Positions 16,529-24,716 of a DNA stretch of 32,000 nt are shown here, piece by piece. Every line of letters starts with the position of its first letter. The first letter of the stretch is position 1. The position numbers were made by a program, and so were the translations under genes. This DNA is from Candidatus Scalindua sp. (GTDB taxonomy: Bacteria > Planctomycetota > Brocadiia > Brocadiales > Scalinduaceae). The DNA lies in the NCBI GenBank assembly GCA_031316235.1, contig JALDRA010000001.1:570001-602000 (forward strand), read 5' to 3'. Below the pieces are notes generated by a model. It was not told where the DNA came from. It worked only from the letters and a program-made list of their open reading frames with translations, and did not search any database.

Positions 16529-19393
16529 TTATTTCAGTAACAGGTTCAAGTTTTTCTCGTTGTGTGCGCTCTTTTGTCTCCAATCTGCGTTACTCCACAC
16601 AACAAGATCGGCAATTTCTCCCTCGAAATACCTATCATTTGCCAATGACTGTTTACCAATAGAAAGCGGAATTGATCCGAAATTAAAAGGATCTGTCTTA
16701 TTCTCCCCTGCTAATGCACCATTAAGAAAGACCTTCATCTCCCCATGTTCAGCATCAATTATTAAGAGAACATGGCTCCATTTGTTCAGCTTGAGCTTGA
16801 AGGGTATTGGAATTCCATTACAGACAAAGACCCAGTCTTCTCTTGCTAGATTTCTGGGATCAGCAGACTGCAAAACAAAATTTTGAGTAGCGGTATGTCC
16901 ATTATCAAGAATTGTCGAAAGCCCATCATTTTCCTTTTCACCTGGTTTTACCCGTAAGGAAATCACAACACCTTCCCATTGCCGAAAGTTAATGTGAGGA
17001 CGGGCGAAGGAACTCCTACCATTAAAACTGAATGTTTCCCCATATTCACCATCAAATGTTTGAAGATCCAGAAACAGATCATTCTCCCGTCCCTTGTTTA
17101 AGAATTCTGTTTCCAGTTTCCAGGTCGCAAGCGATTCCTTCGATTTTATCGTATTGTATATTTTCTCAGGAGTACTTGTCCATACGATGTTGGGCATGCT
17201 CTCAGGTTTAAAAAGAGCATACGTGAGATAAAAACCTCCAAAGATGAATACGGGAATAAAGAAAACAATTAATGATTCAGAAGAGTGTGAAACAACTCTT
17301 CTCCATAATCGACTTGCCTGAAATGCAACCGTAACTAAGAAAAATATGATCACCCCGGCTATACCGGAAAAATAGAACCACAAAGAGAGGAGGTACTTTC
17401 CTGGTTTAAAAACAAACTCAACCGTATGATCCCCTCTGCTTAAGAACACCGCTTTCTGATTATAATTTGCCTGAAACACTTTTTCTTTCACACCGTCTAC
17501 AATACATTTCCAGGCTGGATGATAACCGTCTCTGAAAAGGAGAAATCCTTCACCAGAAACCTTCACGTTCAGCTCTATGTCGTGGGGTTTATAGCTGGTT
17601 ACTTCACAAGACCATTCAGGAGCAACTCTTTGCTCATATTTTTTTTTTGGTACATCTCCTTTTTCGTGAATGATAATCGAATGCTCCAATGCTTCCAAAA
17701 GTATCTCATCACTCTTTCCATTTAAAATTTCATCACTGGGCAAGTACATATATTCAGGAAAAAAAGAAAAAACTGGAAGATTTACTCCAAGCAGGACTTC
17801 CTTGAGATCTTGTGATGCCTCTGAGGCAAGGATTTGGTAGTATAGGATAGGATAAGTAATCGAGGTTGGAGGCAACCTCTGGATTAATTCATAGTCATCA
17901 TTATCTTCAAAATCCGTTGCAACAGGAGATTTTAAGACCAAGGAACTATAATTCATATTGAAGCTATGAGGATCGCCCTGATAAAGCGGCGGTACAGATT
18001 TGATTCTACTTTTAATATGAAAAGTAGAATCTGTTTCAAAATTGGAAAATTTATCAGGATCAGTTATTTTCTTTAAACACGCTAGGGTTTTATCACTATA
18101 TATTTGATAATCATAGATAGTTAATTCAATAAGTGTAAAGATAAACAGGATGGGAACAATCCATGCACGCCCTGTTTTTTGTATGATAAGCTGAAGACCC
18201 AGAAGGAAAAAGAAAAAATAAGAAAACAGAAAATAACTCGCAAATAAAGAAGTATTCTCAACTACTCTTAAGAGAGGGAACAGAATGAACAATATTTGAT
18301 AAAGATAATTGTATTTTACAGGACCGATGAAGAGAACGACGCTGAGTATTAACAAAACAATAAATACTTTCTTATACGAATGTTTCCCCAAAATGATCCC
18401 TATCAAACCTGTCAGAAAGGGAATTGCAGAGATGTACATATTCATTTCTGACAGTTTGAAGACGTTCTGAAAAACTGATCCCGAATAGATCTGTCTTGCC
18501 AAAGGAAAAAATCCAAGCGAGAGTATATCTCCGATTTTTCCTCTGGAGCCTAATCCTTCCACAAGATTGTTAAAACCCAGGAGGATTTGTGTTTCTCCTG
18601 TACGAGAAAAAAGCATGCGAGAATAGCTGTAAAAATCATTTGTATAAAATATTAAACTCCATGCCGGGGATGAAAAGATCAGAAATAAAAGAGACGTGCA
18701 CACAATTTTCAGCTTATTATTGAGAAGCACCCTGAATTTGTCGCGATTAAAGAGTAGAAATGTTACGGCAAAGAGAAAGAGAAAAGTACCTATGTAACCA
18801 AAAGGTTGACCCTGAGCAGAAATTCCCGAAAAGAATCCGAGAAATACAACGTTGAACCAGTCACTTCGATCAAGAAAACGCAAAAAAAAGTATAAGGTAA
18901 AAGGAAAATAATGGAAGGCGATATAACCTGTTTGGTGGTAACCACTAACAGTAAATGAAGATAAAAGTACAACAAAGAAAAGGAAATAAGAATATCTCCT
19001 TAATTCCGGGAAAACCCTGTTAAAAAACAGGAGAATACCGAAAGCAATTGTGAATGTTCTGAAGAAGACGTAAAGCTCATACTGGTAAAACAGGTTATTT
19101 ATGTGAAGCAGCCTGCCAAAGTATGCACAAAAGATAGTGATAGGATCAATAAGTGATAATTGGCTTAAGAGTTGGAAAAATATTTCACCGGCATGAGAGT
19201 AGGGATTCCACAAAGGGACAAAACCATTATAAAGCGACTCTATACAATAATGATAGAGAGGGTGCCAGTAAAAGGCGTCATGCCCAAAGACAAACTGTTT
19301 GGATATTATTGGCCAAACTGAAAAAAACCATGTGATAAGACCGACGGCAAACCATGTCAGCCAATGGGAAATAATTATTTTATAGCTTTTCAT
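16529..19393 (-). CDS. YfhO-like membrane glycosyltransferase fused to a C-terminal LamG/concanavalin-A-like lectin domain
   Basis: 954 aa with an ATG start. HDAFYWHPLYHY...NGFVPLWNPYSHAGEIFF. The YfhO-type end module is FLLFRDGYHPAWKCIVDGVKEKVFQANYNQKAVFLSRGDHTVEFVFKP plus a TM helix. An extra TM helix and ~226 aa follow, containing WSHVLLIIDAEHGEMKVFLNGALAG...RYFEGEIADLVVWSNA (LamG-type F-x-G-x-I-D-x-V pattern). Confidence 0.8.
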   Translation of the reverse strand: MKSYKIIISHWLTWFAVGLITWFFSVWPIISKQFVFGHDAFYWHPLYHYCIESLYNGFVPLWNPYSHAGEIFFQLLSQLSLIDPITIFCAYFGRLLHINNLFYQYELYVFFRTFTIAFGILLFFNRVFPELRRYSYFLFFVVLLSSFTVSGYHQTGYIAFHYFPFTLYFFLRFLDRSDWFNVVFLGFFSGISAQGQPFGYIGTFLFLFAVTFLLFNRDKFRVLLNNKLKIVCTSLLFLIFSSPAWSLIFYTNDFYSYSRMLFSRTGETQILLGFNNLVEGLGSRGKIGDILSLGFFPLARQIYSGSVFQNVFKLSEMNMYISAIPFLTGLIGIILGKHSYKKVFIVLLILSVVLFIGPVKYNYLYQILFILFPLLRVVENTSLFASYFLFSYFFFFLLGLQLIIQKTGRAWIVPILFIFTLIELTIYDYQIYSDKTLACLKKITDPDKFSNFETDSTFHIKSRIKSVPPLYQGDPHSFNMNYSSLVLKSPVATDFEDNDDYELIQRLPPTSITYPILYYQILASEASQDLKEVLLGVNLPVFSFFPEYMYLPSDEILNGKSDEILLEALEHSIIIHEKGDVPKKKYEQRVAPEWSCEVTSYKPHDIELNVKVSGEGFLLFRDGYHPAWKCIVDGVKEKVFQANYNQKAVFLSRGDHTVEFVFKPGKYLLSLWFYFSGIAGVIIFFLVTVAFQASRLWRRVVSHSSESLIVFFIPVFIFGGFYLTYALFKPESMPNIVWTSTPEKIYNTIKSKESLATWKLETEFLNKGRENDLFLDLQTFDGEYGETFSFNGRSSFARPHINFRQWEGVVISLRVKPGEKENDGLSTILDNGHTATQNFVLQSADPRNLAREDWVFVCNGIPIPFKLKLNKWSHVLLIIDAEHGEMKVFLNGALAGENKTDPFNFGSIPLSIGKQSLANDRYFEGEIADLVVWSNADWRQKSAHNEKNLNLLLK

Positions 19394-19415
19394 GGCAACT
19401 TAAGAATGAACAGCA

Positions 19416-20348
19416 TCATTCAGTTTCTCCTTTTTGCGCAACAAGAACCATTTCGTTAGTTGGAGACTTAATGCTTAAATCAGGGAATAGTTTGTAAATT
19501 AAACTGGATAACGGTTTCACAGAGGACAAAAATGGGAGATTTGACAATACTTGAAAAATCTCAAAAACATAATAATGACTAAAATACGACTGGTTAATCA
19601 ACGTCTTAAAACCCATTCTCTTAAGCAGAACTGGTAGATTATGATGATTAAAATAATAAAAATGTTCCGGAGGTTTGATTAAATAAAAAGGAATTGATGA
19701 TTTTGTATCCAAGGTCGTTATCATGAGTAGACCTTCAGGTTTTAAGATTCTATTGATTTCAACAAGCATCTCTCTCGGATTAATTACATGCTCAATGGTT
19801 CCAAGAAGGAAAACAATATCGAAATAGTTATTCTCGAAATGAAACTGGTCATGTTTTTCCTGAAAGAAGATGTTCTTCAGCCCTAGATTTTCAGTCGCAT
19901 ACTGTATTGCCCACTCACTAAATTCTACACCATAAACATCACACTTCTTCAACTTTTTTATCTCATCAATATAAAACCCGCATGCACAACCAATGTCTAG
20001 GACCCGTAAAAAATCAATCTTTTTTACTTTACTGATAATATCAATATTGTTTCTGGAATTTTTTCGATAGTTCTTTTCATTGCCAACATAATTTTTGAAT
20101 CCAGTCCTTTTTACATAAAAATTTGTATAATAGTTGCTGCTATAAAATGACTTCAATTTTTTCTCATTGATAGCATCCCCTACCCAGATCAATTTGCATG
20201 TTTTACATTTATACACGGAGAAACCATGTACTTTTTTAAAAAAGAAGATCTTTCCAGAGTTACATACATAACACTGGGTTATTCTTTCTTTATTATCAAT
20301 AAGATGAGAATAATCGGTATTTTCAGATTCCTTGGTCATGCAATACAC
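19416..20348 (-). CDS. Class I SAM-dependent methyltransferase with an N-terminal Cys4 zinc ribbon
   Basis: The longest ORF starts at GTG 20348. ATG 20339 (MTKESEN...) is the likely start. The ribbon is CYVCNSGK...YKCKTCKLIW. Motif I is VLDIGCACGFY. Also present: FDIVFLLGTIEHV and LKPEGLLMITT. Confidence 0.8.
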   Translation of the reverse strand: MYCMTKESENTDYSHLIDNKERITQCYVCNSGKIFFFKKVHGFSVYKCKTCKLIWVGDAINEKKLKSFYSSNYYTNFYVKRTGFKNYVGNEKNYRKNSRNNIDIISKVKKIDFLRVLDIGCACGFYIDEIKKLKKCDVYGVEFSEWAIQYATENLGLKNIFFQEKHDQFHFENNYFDIVFLLGTIEHVINPREMLVEINRILKPEGLLMITTLDTKSSIPFYLIKPPEHFYYFNHHNLPVLLKRMGFKTLINQSYFSHYYVFEIFQVLSNLPFLSSVKPLSSLIYKLFPDLSIKSPTNEMVLVAQKGETE

Positions 20349-20576
20349 CTGAACGTGAAACTCAGTGAAAACGGGAATTCTTTCATGGGAAACGAAAGTC
20401 TAGTTTGCATTTGGATTGGATTTACGTATAGAAAATTTAGCAAACGGTATTACATCCTCATAACACTGTTTATAGTGCCATGAGATCATCAGGTATCCAT
20501 TATCGCTAAAAAATAATTGTGGAAGAGTTCAGATGATAAAGGGTGCATACGGGGCCTCAGAAAAACCTGTCCATTC

Positions 20577-20636
20577 TATATACTAAAACCGATTTGGTTT
20601 TCGGTTTTACCGGAAACCAATATGAGATGAGTATAC
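20577..20636. repeat. REP/MITE-like element, copy C (60 bp, inverted orientation)
   Basis: tatatactaaaaccgatttggttttcggttttaccggaaaccaatatgagatgagtatac. Its reverse complement joins the left end of copy A (gtatactcatctcata) to the right half of copy A (ggtttccggtaaaaccgaaaaccaaatcggttttagtatata). It lies in the 328-bp gap between the two zinc-ribbon methyltransferase genes. Confidence 0.8.
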
Positions 20637-20676
20637 AATAAAAGAACCACAATCAGGTTTTAACAGATTGTGGCAA

Positions 20677-21630
20677 CTATTCCTTTTTAGCATGAACATT
20701 TAGGGAATCAAAGGAATTAGTAATCCACATATAAAATAATAACGGTGAAGCGATGATTCTACTGACAATGTCAGCAAAGTAAATTTTAGCATACCCGGTG
20801 GAAACCATAGATTTTGAGAGGGTGCCAATTCTTTGCCTGCAAGCAACTGCAAAAAATGTTCGGACAATATCTGCCGGGAGTGCACCTGCAGTTGAAACAA
20901 TCTCGGTACGAACCGAGCAATTTTCAAAACCCGCTTTCTTTAACATATACGTCATCGACTGTTTCGTAAAATAGTGAATATGACTTGGGGGAAGAATCCA
21001 GTACCATCTTTCTTTTGACAGACTCCCAAAAAAACCTTTATAATTTGGAACAGAAAGAAAGACCTCGCCTCCTTTTACTATGTTTTTATAGATTTTCGAT
21101 ACTATTTTGAGAGGATCTTTACAATGCTCCAAAGAATGGTAGCAATAGACAAAGTCAAAAGGCGCGTTAGGATACTCCTCCATTTCTCCTGCATCTCCAG
21201 CATAAAGATTTATTCCCAACCTTTTTCTTCCTTCATCAACTATTTGTTGTGAAATATCTATCCCTGTGAGGTTTGTGAATTCGTAAAAGTCTCTCAAAAG
21301 GGCCAAAAAACATCCTGGCCCGCTACCGACTTCTAAGAATTTCAATGAACTGCTTTGTAATGACTTAAATTTAAAAATCTGTTTCAGGCGGCGTAGATAA
21401 AACTGATGAAAAGTATCTTTTCCTCCCAGATAATCTTCGATATTCCTAAAGGCATTTGCATTGCCAATGGTATCGCTCTGTTGAGAATAGTACTTGTGGA
21501 TATCCTCATCTGATGGGATCGGGTACAACTGCCGATGGGAACAGGTCCCACAGCGATATATATCGTACCCATCATACGAAAGTTCTCTTTCCTCAAGATC
21601 ACCTTCACAAACTGAACACTCTCTTTTCAC
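20677..21630 (-). CDS. Class I SAM-dependent methyltransferase with an N-terminal Cys4 zinc ribbon (paralogous architecture to 19416..20348)
   Basis: The GTG start at 21630 overlaps the upstream stop (GTGA, 4-nt overlap). No alternative ATG lies before the ribbon CSVCEG...YRCGTCSH. Motif I is FLEVGSGPGCF. Also present: FDFVYCYHSLEHC and VKGGEVFLSVPN. Confidence 0.8.
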   Translation of the reverse strand: MKRECSVCEGDLEERELSYDGYDIYRCGTCSHRQLYPIPSDEDIHKYYSQQSDTIGNANAFRNIEDYLGGKDTFHQFYLRRLKQIFKFKSLQSSSLKFLEVGSGPGCFLALLRDFYEFTNLTGIDISQQIVDEGRKRLGINLYAGDAGEMEEYPNAPFDFVYCYHSLEHCKDPLKIVSKIYKNIVKGGEVFLSVPNYKGFFGSLSKERWYWILPPSHIHYFTKQSMTYMLKKAGFENCSVRTEIVSTAGALPADIVRTFFAVACRQRIGTLSKSMVSTGYAKIYFADIVSRIIASPLLFYMWITNSFDSLNVHAKKE

Positions 21631-22670
21631 TGTATCAATTCTCTATATTTAACAGGGTTTACGGGAAAGGAAGATGATGGTTTAAGAATTTTCTCCTGAT
21701 ACTCCTTATCCCATGATACCACGCATCTTGGATACTTTCTATTTTTATGGTAATACGAGCATTCGTTGTGGATGAATCTCCAGATATCTTCCAGTGGTTC
21801 TTTCCTGATATTACCAAAAGAGATCGGGTTAATAGCACATGTTTGAACATCTCCGTAAGGAGAAATACATAATTTTTCAGTACCTCCAGGACAGCCAACG
21901 CCTTTAAAGGTATGGCTGAAGTCAGTTCTCAATACATTGAAATTTTTCCTGAGTATTTCCCATTCCTCTTCACCTAAACATTCATCATACACCTCTTTAC
22001 CGCGTCCGGTGGGGCTATACGTTGAACATCCCAATAAAATCCCTTTCGATCGGGTAAAAGCAAGCATTCTTTCAAACATCTTCATTGATGATTTGCACAG
22101 AGTAAAAGAAATCTCCACGATTATATTGTGCTTCTCACATAACTCTATTACCTTTAAGGTTCGTTCAAATGATCCTTTTCCCCTTATTTTATCATTTTCT
22201 TTCTCGTTATCGGCATCCAGGCTTATACACATATTGAAAAGCTTCACCCTGGACAGATCTTTGATTAATTTTTCATTTACATTAACGCCGTTTGTAACAA
22301 TAGAAATCAAATATTTTTCCGGTTCAAATACAGAAATAATATCGAATAAATCCCCGCGCAATGTAGGTTCTCCACCAATTATATGAACTCCAAAAGCACC
22401 CAGTTTCTTTGCCTGTCTCCAAAGGTCTCTATATTCCTCAACACTCATAATCTTCTCATTAGGCTGAATATACTTGGAAGCATAGCATACTTCACAGGAA
22501 ATATTACAGTGCGGAGTAATATTCAACTCAAGAGAACGGAGAAATGGTTTATTCAAAAGCCCCCTCATTACATAGCCGCGAAAAACACCGTATAAGCTTC
22601 TGGGCTTTTTTGCAAAACGTGGAAGGAGTAATAGTTTCTGCTTAATATTATTGTCTTTTAAAAAATTCAT
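21627..22670 (-). CDS. Radical SAM enzyme with a SPASM/twitch-type C-terminal Cys-rich domain
   Basis: ATG start. The rSAM cluster is ITPHCNISCEVCYA. GGEPTLR is present. The C-terminal region GVGCPGGTEKLCISPYGDVQTCAINP...YPRCV fits the SPASM pattern C-x-G-G-...-I-x-P-x-G-D-V-x-x-C. Confidence 0.8.
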   Translation of the reverse strand: MNFLKDNNIKQKLLLLPRFAKKPRSLYGVFRGYVMRGLLNKPFLRSLELNITPHCNISCEVCYASKYIQPNEKIMSVEEYRDLWRQAKKLGAFGVHIIGGEPTLRGDLFDIISVFEPEKYLISIVTNGVNVNEKLIKDLSRVKLFNMCISLDADNEKENDKIRGKGSFERTLKVIELCEKHNIIVEISFTLCKSSMKMFERMLAFTRSKGILLGCSTYSPTGRGKEVYDECLGEEEWEILRKNFNVLRTDFSHTFKGVGCPGGTEKLCISPYGDVQTCAINPISFGNIRKEPLEDIWRFIHNECSYYHKNRKYPRCVVSWDKEYQEKILKPSSSFPVNPVKYRELIQ

Positions 22671-22672
22671 TT

Positions 22673-23200
22673 TTATTCCGTTTCAGTTCGTTTTCCGAGA
22701 AGGAGCAGTTTCAACATAATAATCGTCTTTGCAATTAAGAGCATAAGGGGTTTCCCGATGTAGTATCTATCGTTCCGATACACAATTTGCCCCTTACTGA
22801 TCATCCGCTGAAGTCGGAGGTCAATAATGTTCGAGGCATTATAACGCTCAAGCAGATCCTCTATTGAAAGACCGTTCTGTGATTCAAAGAGCTCTCGGAC
22901 TATGCGGATACGCCTAGCAGTCTCTCCGAGATTAATAAAGTTAAAATAGCAGTAAGCCAATCCGACATAGGCAATCAAGTTTACGACTATCTGACACACC
23001 ATTTCCAGGGTGGATACACTTCTGGAGGTAAAATAGGCAACCTCTATGAGAAATAAACCTGAAAGACCGCAGAGAAATCCGACAATAACAGACTTGAACA
23101 ATCCACACTTTGCAATATATCTACAGACAAAAAGCTGAGAAATACTGTTTAATAATAACCCCAATAGAGGAGAAATGATATGAAGAAGAAATATGACCAC
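22673..23200 (-). CDS. Small membrane protein of unknown family (3 N-terminal TM helices + soluble module + C-terminal hydrophobic helix), paralog of 23208..23792
   Basis: GTG start at 23200 with GGGAGGA ~10 nt upstream. It lies 7 nt after the upstream stop and ends 2 nt before the rSAM/SPASM start. The soluble part RRIRIVRELFESQNGLSIEDLLERYNASNIIDLRLQRMISKGQIVYRNDRYYIGKP looks winged-helix-like. Confidence 0.6.
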   Translation of the reverse strand: MVIFLLHIISPLLGLLLNSISQLFVCRYIAKCGLFKSVIVGFLCGLSGLFLIEVAYFTSRSVSTLEMVCQIVVNLIAYVGLAYCYFNFINLGETARRIRIVRELFESQNGLSIEDLLERYNASNIIDLRLQRMISKGQIVYRNDRYYIGKPLMLLIAKTIIMLKLLLLGKRTETE

Positions 23201-23207
23201 GAACGGA

Positions 23208-23792
23208 TTATCCTCCCTTCCCGACTCTCATCAGATTACGATAAAAGGTAATTATGCACGCCATGAAGATCCCCTTTGCCTTGAGTCGGTATTTCCCCCC
23301 AGACAATTGCGCAATTTTATGAGTAATAAGATCATTCAATCGTGGTTTTACGAGAATACTATCGTCCATCTGTTCTCCCATTGTCTCTCTGCTTAAACCG
23401 GCTCCACTTGCTTTGGATATTTTCTCAACGATAAGAAGAGAAGGGCTATCTACTTCAATGGCTGAATAGGTATTTATGTAAGCTAATGTTAAAATCCCAT
23501 AGTATTGCCAGATTTGAAAATGTTCAAAAATTGTAACCGGAGTATGGATAGCAAATAGAGCAATAGCATCAGGATAAAGGAAAAAAAATGTGGAACCGGA
23601 AGCAAGTACTACAAAAAAAATGAGACATAAGATTTTCGTCTGTCTCTTTGGAAGACGAATCCTCCATAAAACGAAATGCATTATTAAGGCAATTACAAAT
23701 AGAGTTGATCCATAAAACAAAATAGTCATTATTCTTTGTTTACTGTGGTCACGTATGATATCGTTAGCAACTAAATTAAAATGAAAAGCCAC
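23208..23792 (-). CDS. Small membrane protein of unknown family (4 TM helices + soluble module + C-terminal hydrophobic helix), paralog of 22673..23200
   Basis: GTG start at 23792 (GGAGAG immediately upstream), or an internal ATG at MTILFYG. The soluble part SLLIVEKISKASGAGLSRETMGEQMDDSILVKPRLNDLITHKIAQLSGGKYRLKAKG aligns with the neighbour's soluble part (shared IV-[RE]-[EK], GLS, RL, [KR]-Y positions). Confidence 0.6.
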   Translation of the reverse strand: MAFHFNLVANDIIRDHSKQRIMTILFYGSTLFVIALIMHFVLWRIRLPKRQTKILCLIFFVVLASGSTFFFLYPDAIALFAIHTPVTIFEHFQIWQYYGILTLAYINTYSAIEVDSPSLLIVEKISKASGAGLSRETMGEQMDDSILVKPRLNDLITHKIAQLSGGKYRLKAKGIFMACIITFYRNLMRVGKGG

Positions 23793-23843
23793 CTCTCCGA
23801 GTAATCGTAATTATATCTTTACAATAGTAGAAGCTAACAATCA

Positions 23844-24635
23844 TCATATAGTAGCTTCAACATTTTCCAGTTCGATTGTCATCCACATGGCAAGATAATG
23901 GTATAAAGGCCTAAGCAATAATTCAAAAGTCTTAAAGAAAGGATAAGCAAACCCCGGCAGGAACGTATTAAAGGCCCCTGCACCACTGAGCTGAAATGTT
24001 ATCGGATTGTGGGTTTCAATTTTTTTTATCCGCAGGTTGGGATATTTCGACTCAAAAACTTTTCGATCTCTCATAAAAATTATCCAGGGAAGAGCTATGT
24101 TAGCATCCGCAAGATGTTTCTCCCCTGAAATCTTCCAACCCGATTCCGGATCAAAGGGTTCATGGTGCGATATCCGATACATTACCCTTGCAAAGGGGCT
24201 GTTAAAGGGCTCTATCATTACAACTTTGCCACCTGGAACCAATGCCTTTTGCACATCCTTAAAAAACAGATCGACATTTTTTATATGATGTAAAACACCT
24301 GTCATAAAAAAAACTGAAACAGTATTGTCCTTTAGCGGTAAATGTTCAGCAGAAAAACGCAGATCAATATTAAAATTCGTATTTATATCAGAACAGATCA
24401 AATCCATACGAGAAAACTCCTTTAAAAAGCCATATCCAGTACCTAATTCAACCATTTTTCCATCAGGAGCACTCGTTGCTGCATTCATAAATACTTTATA
24501 AAAATCTTCGTATACCCTCCTTACAAATCCGTGATTTTTCACATTATAATGCATCAATGGCATAATCTCCGGATTGTCATAACTCATATTTTTAATATTG
24601 GAATACTTTAAATGGGTAAGTAATTGTTTAATCAT
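23844..24635 (-). CDS. Class I SAM-dependent methyltransferase
   Basis: ATG start. Motif I is MVELGTGYGF. Also present: FFMTGVLHHI and LVPGGKVVMIEP. No zinc ribbon. Confidence 0.75.
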   Translation of the reverse strand: MIKQLLTHLKYSNIKNMSYDNPEIMPLMHYNVKNHGFVRRVYEDFYKVFMNAATSAPDGKMVELGTGYGFLKEFSRMDLICSDINTNFNIDLRFSAEHLPLKDNTVSVFFMTGVLHHIKNVDLFFKDVQKALVPGGKVVMIEPFNSPFARVMYRISHHEPFDPESGWKISGEKHLADANIALPWIIFMRDRKVFESKYPNLRIKKIETHNPITFQLSGAGAFNTFLPGFAYPFFKTFELLLRPLYHYLAMWMTIELENVEATI

Positions 24636-24716
24636 ATTTTACTGTAATTTTCCTCAACCGTTACCTCAAAAATTATCTAGTAAATTCCTTTTGTTTCAGA
24701 ACATTTACCATCGCAT

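Noticed and set aside
629-17647. 9-nt A/T homopolymer tracts in all three YfhO-like genes (629..637, 14749..14757, 15238..15246, 17639..17647) as phase-variation switches
   Set aside because: They encode FFF or KKK runs, which are expected in AT-rich membrane-protein genes. Similar 8-9-nt tracts occur in other genes and in spacers (for example 10419..10427). There is no length heterogeneity to observe in a single sequence. This would only be worth revisiting with population or read-level data.
14734-19335. Embedded ORFs within the two YfhO-like genes (14734..14922, 15185..15391, 15431..15658, 16159..16380, 16488..16886, 17519..17725, 18790..18975, 19153..19335)
   Set aside because: They are shadow ORFs inside 918-aa and 954-aa genes whose membrane-protein character and YfhO motifs span the whole length. 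The 132-aa ORF at 16488..16886 bridges two real genes on the opposite strand.
21627-22670. Reading the rSAM/SPASM enzyme as an anaerobic sulfatase-maturating enzyme for the neighbouring sulfatase-like proteins
   Set aside because: None of the three AP-family proteins has the C/S-x-P-x-R formylglycine motif. They read T-A-P-S-H, S-P-V-A-W and S-P-V-A-W at the equivalent position. The obvious substrate is therefore missing. The idea remains testable but is unsupported.
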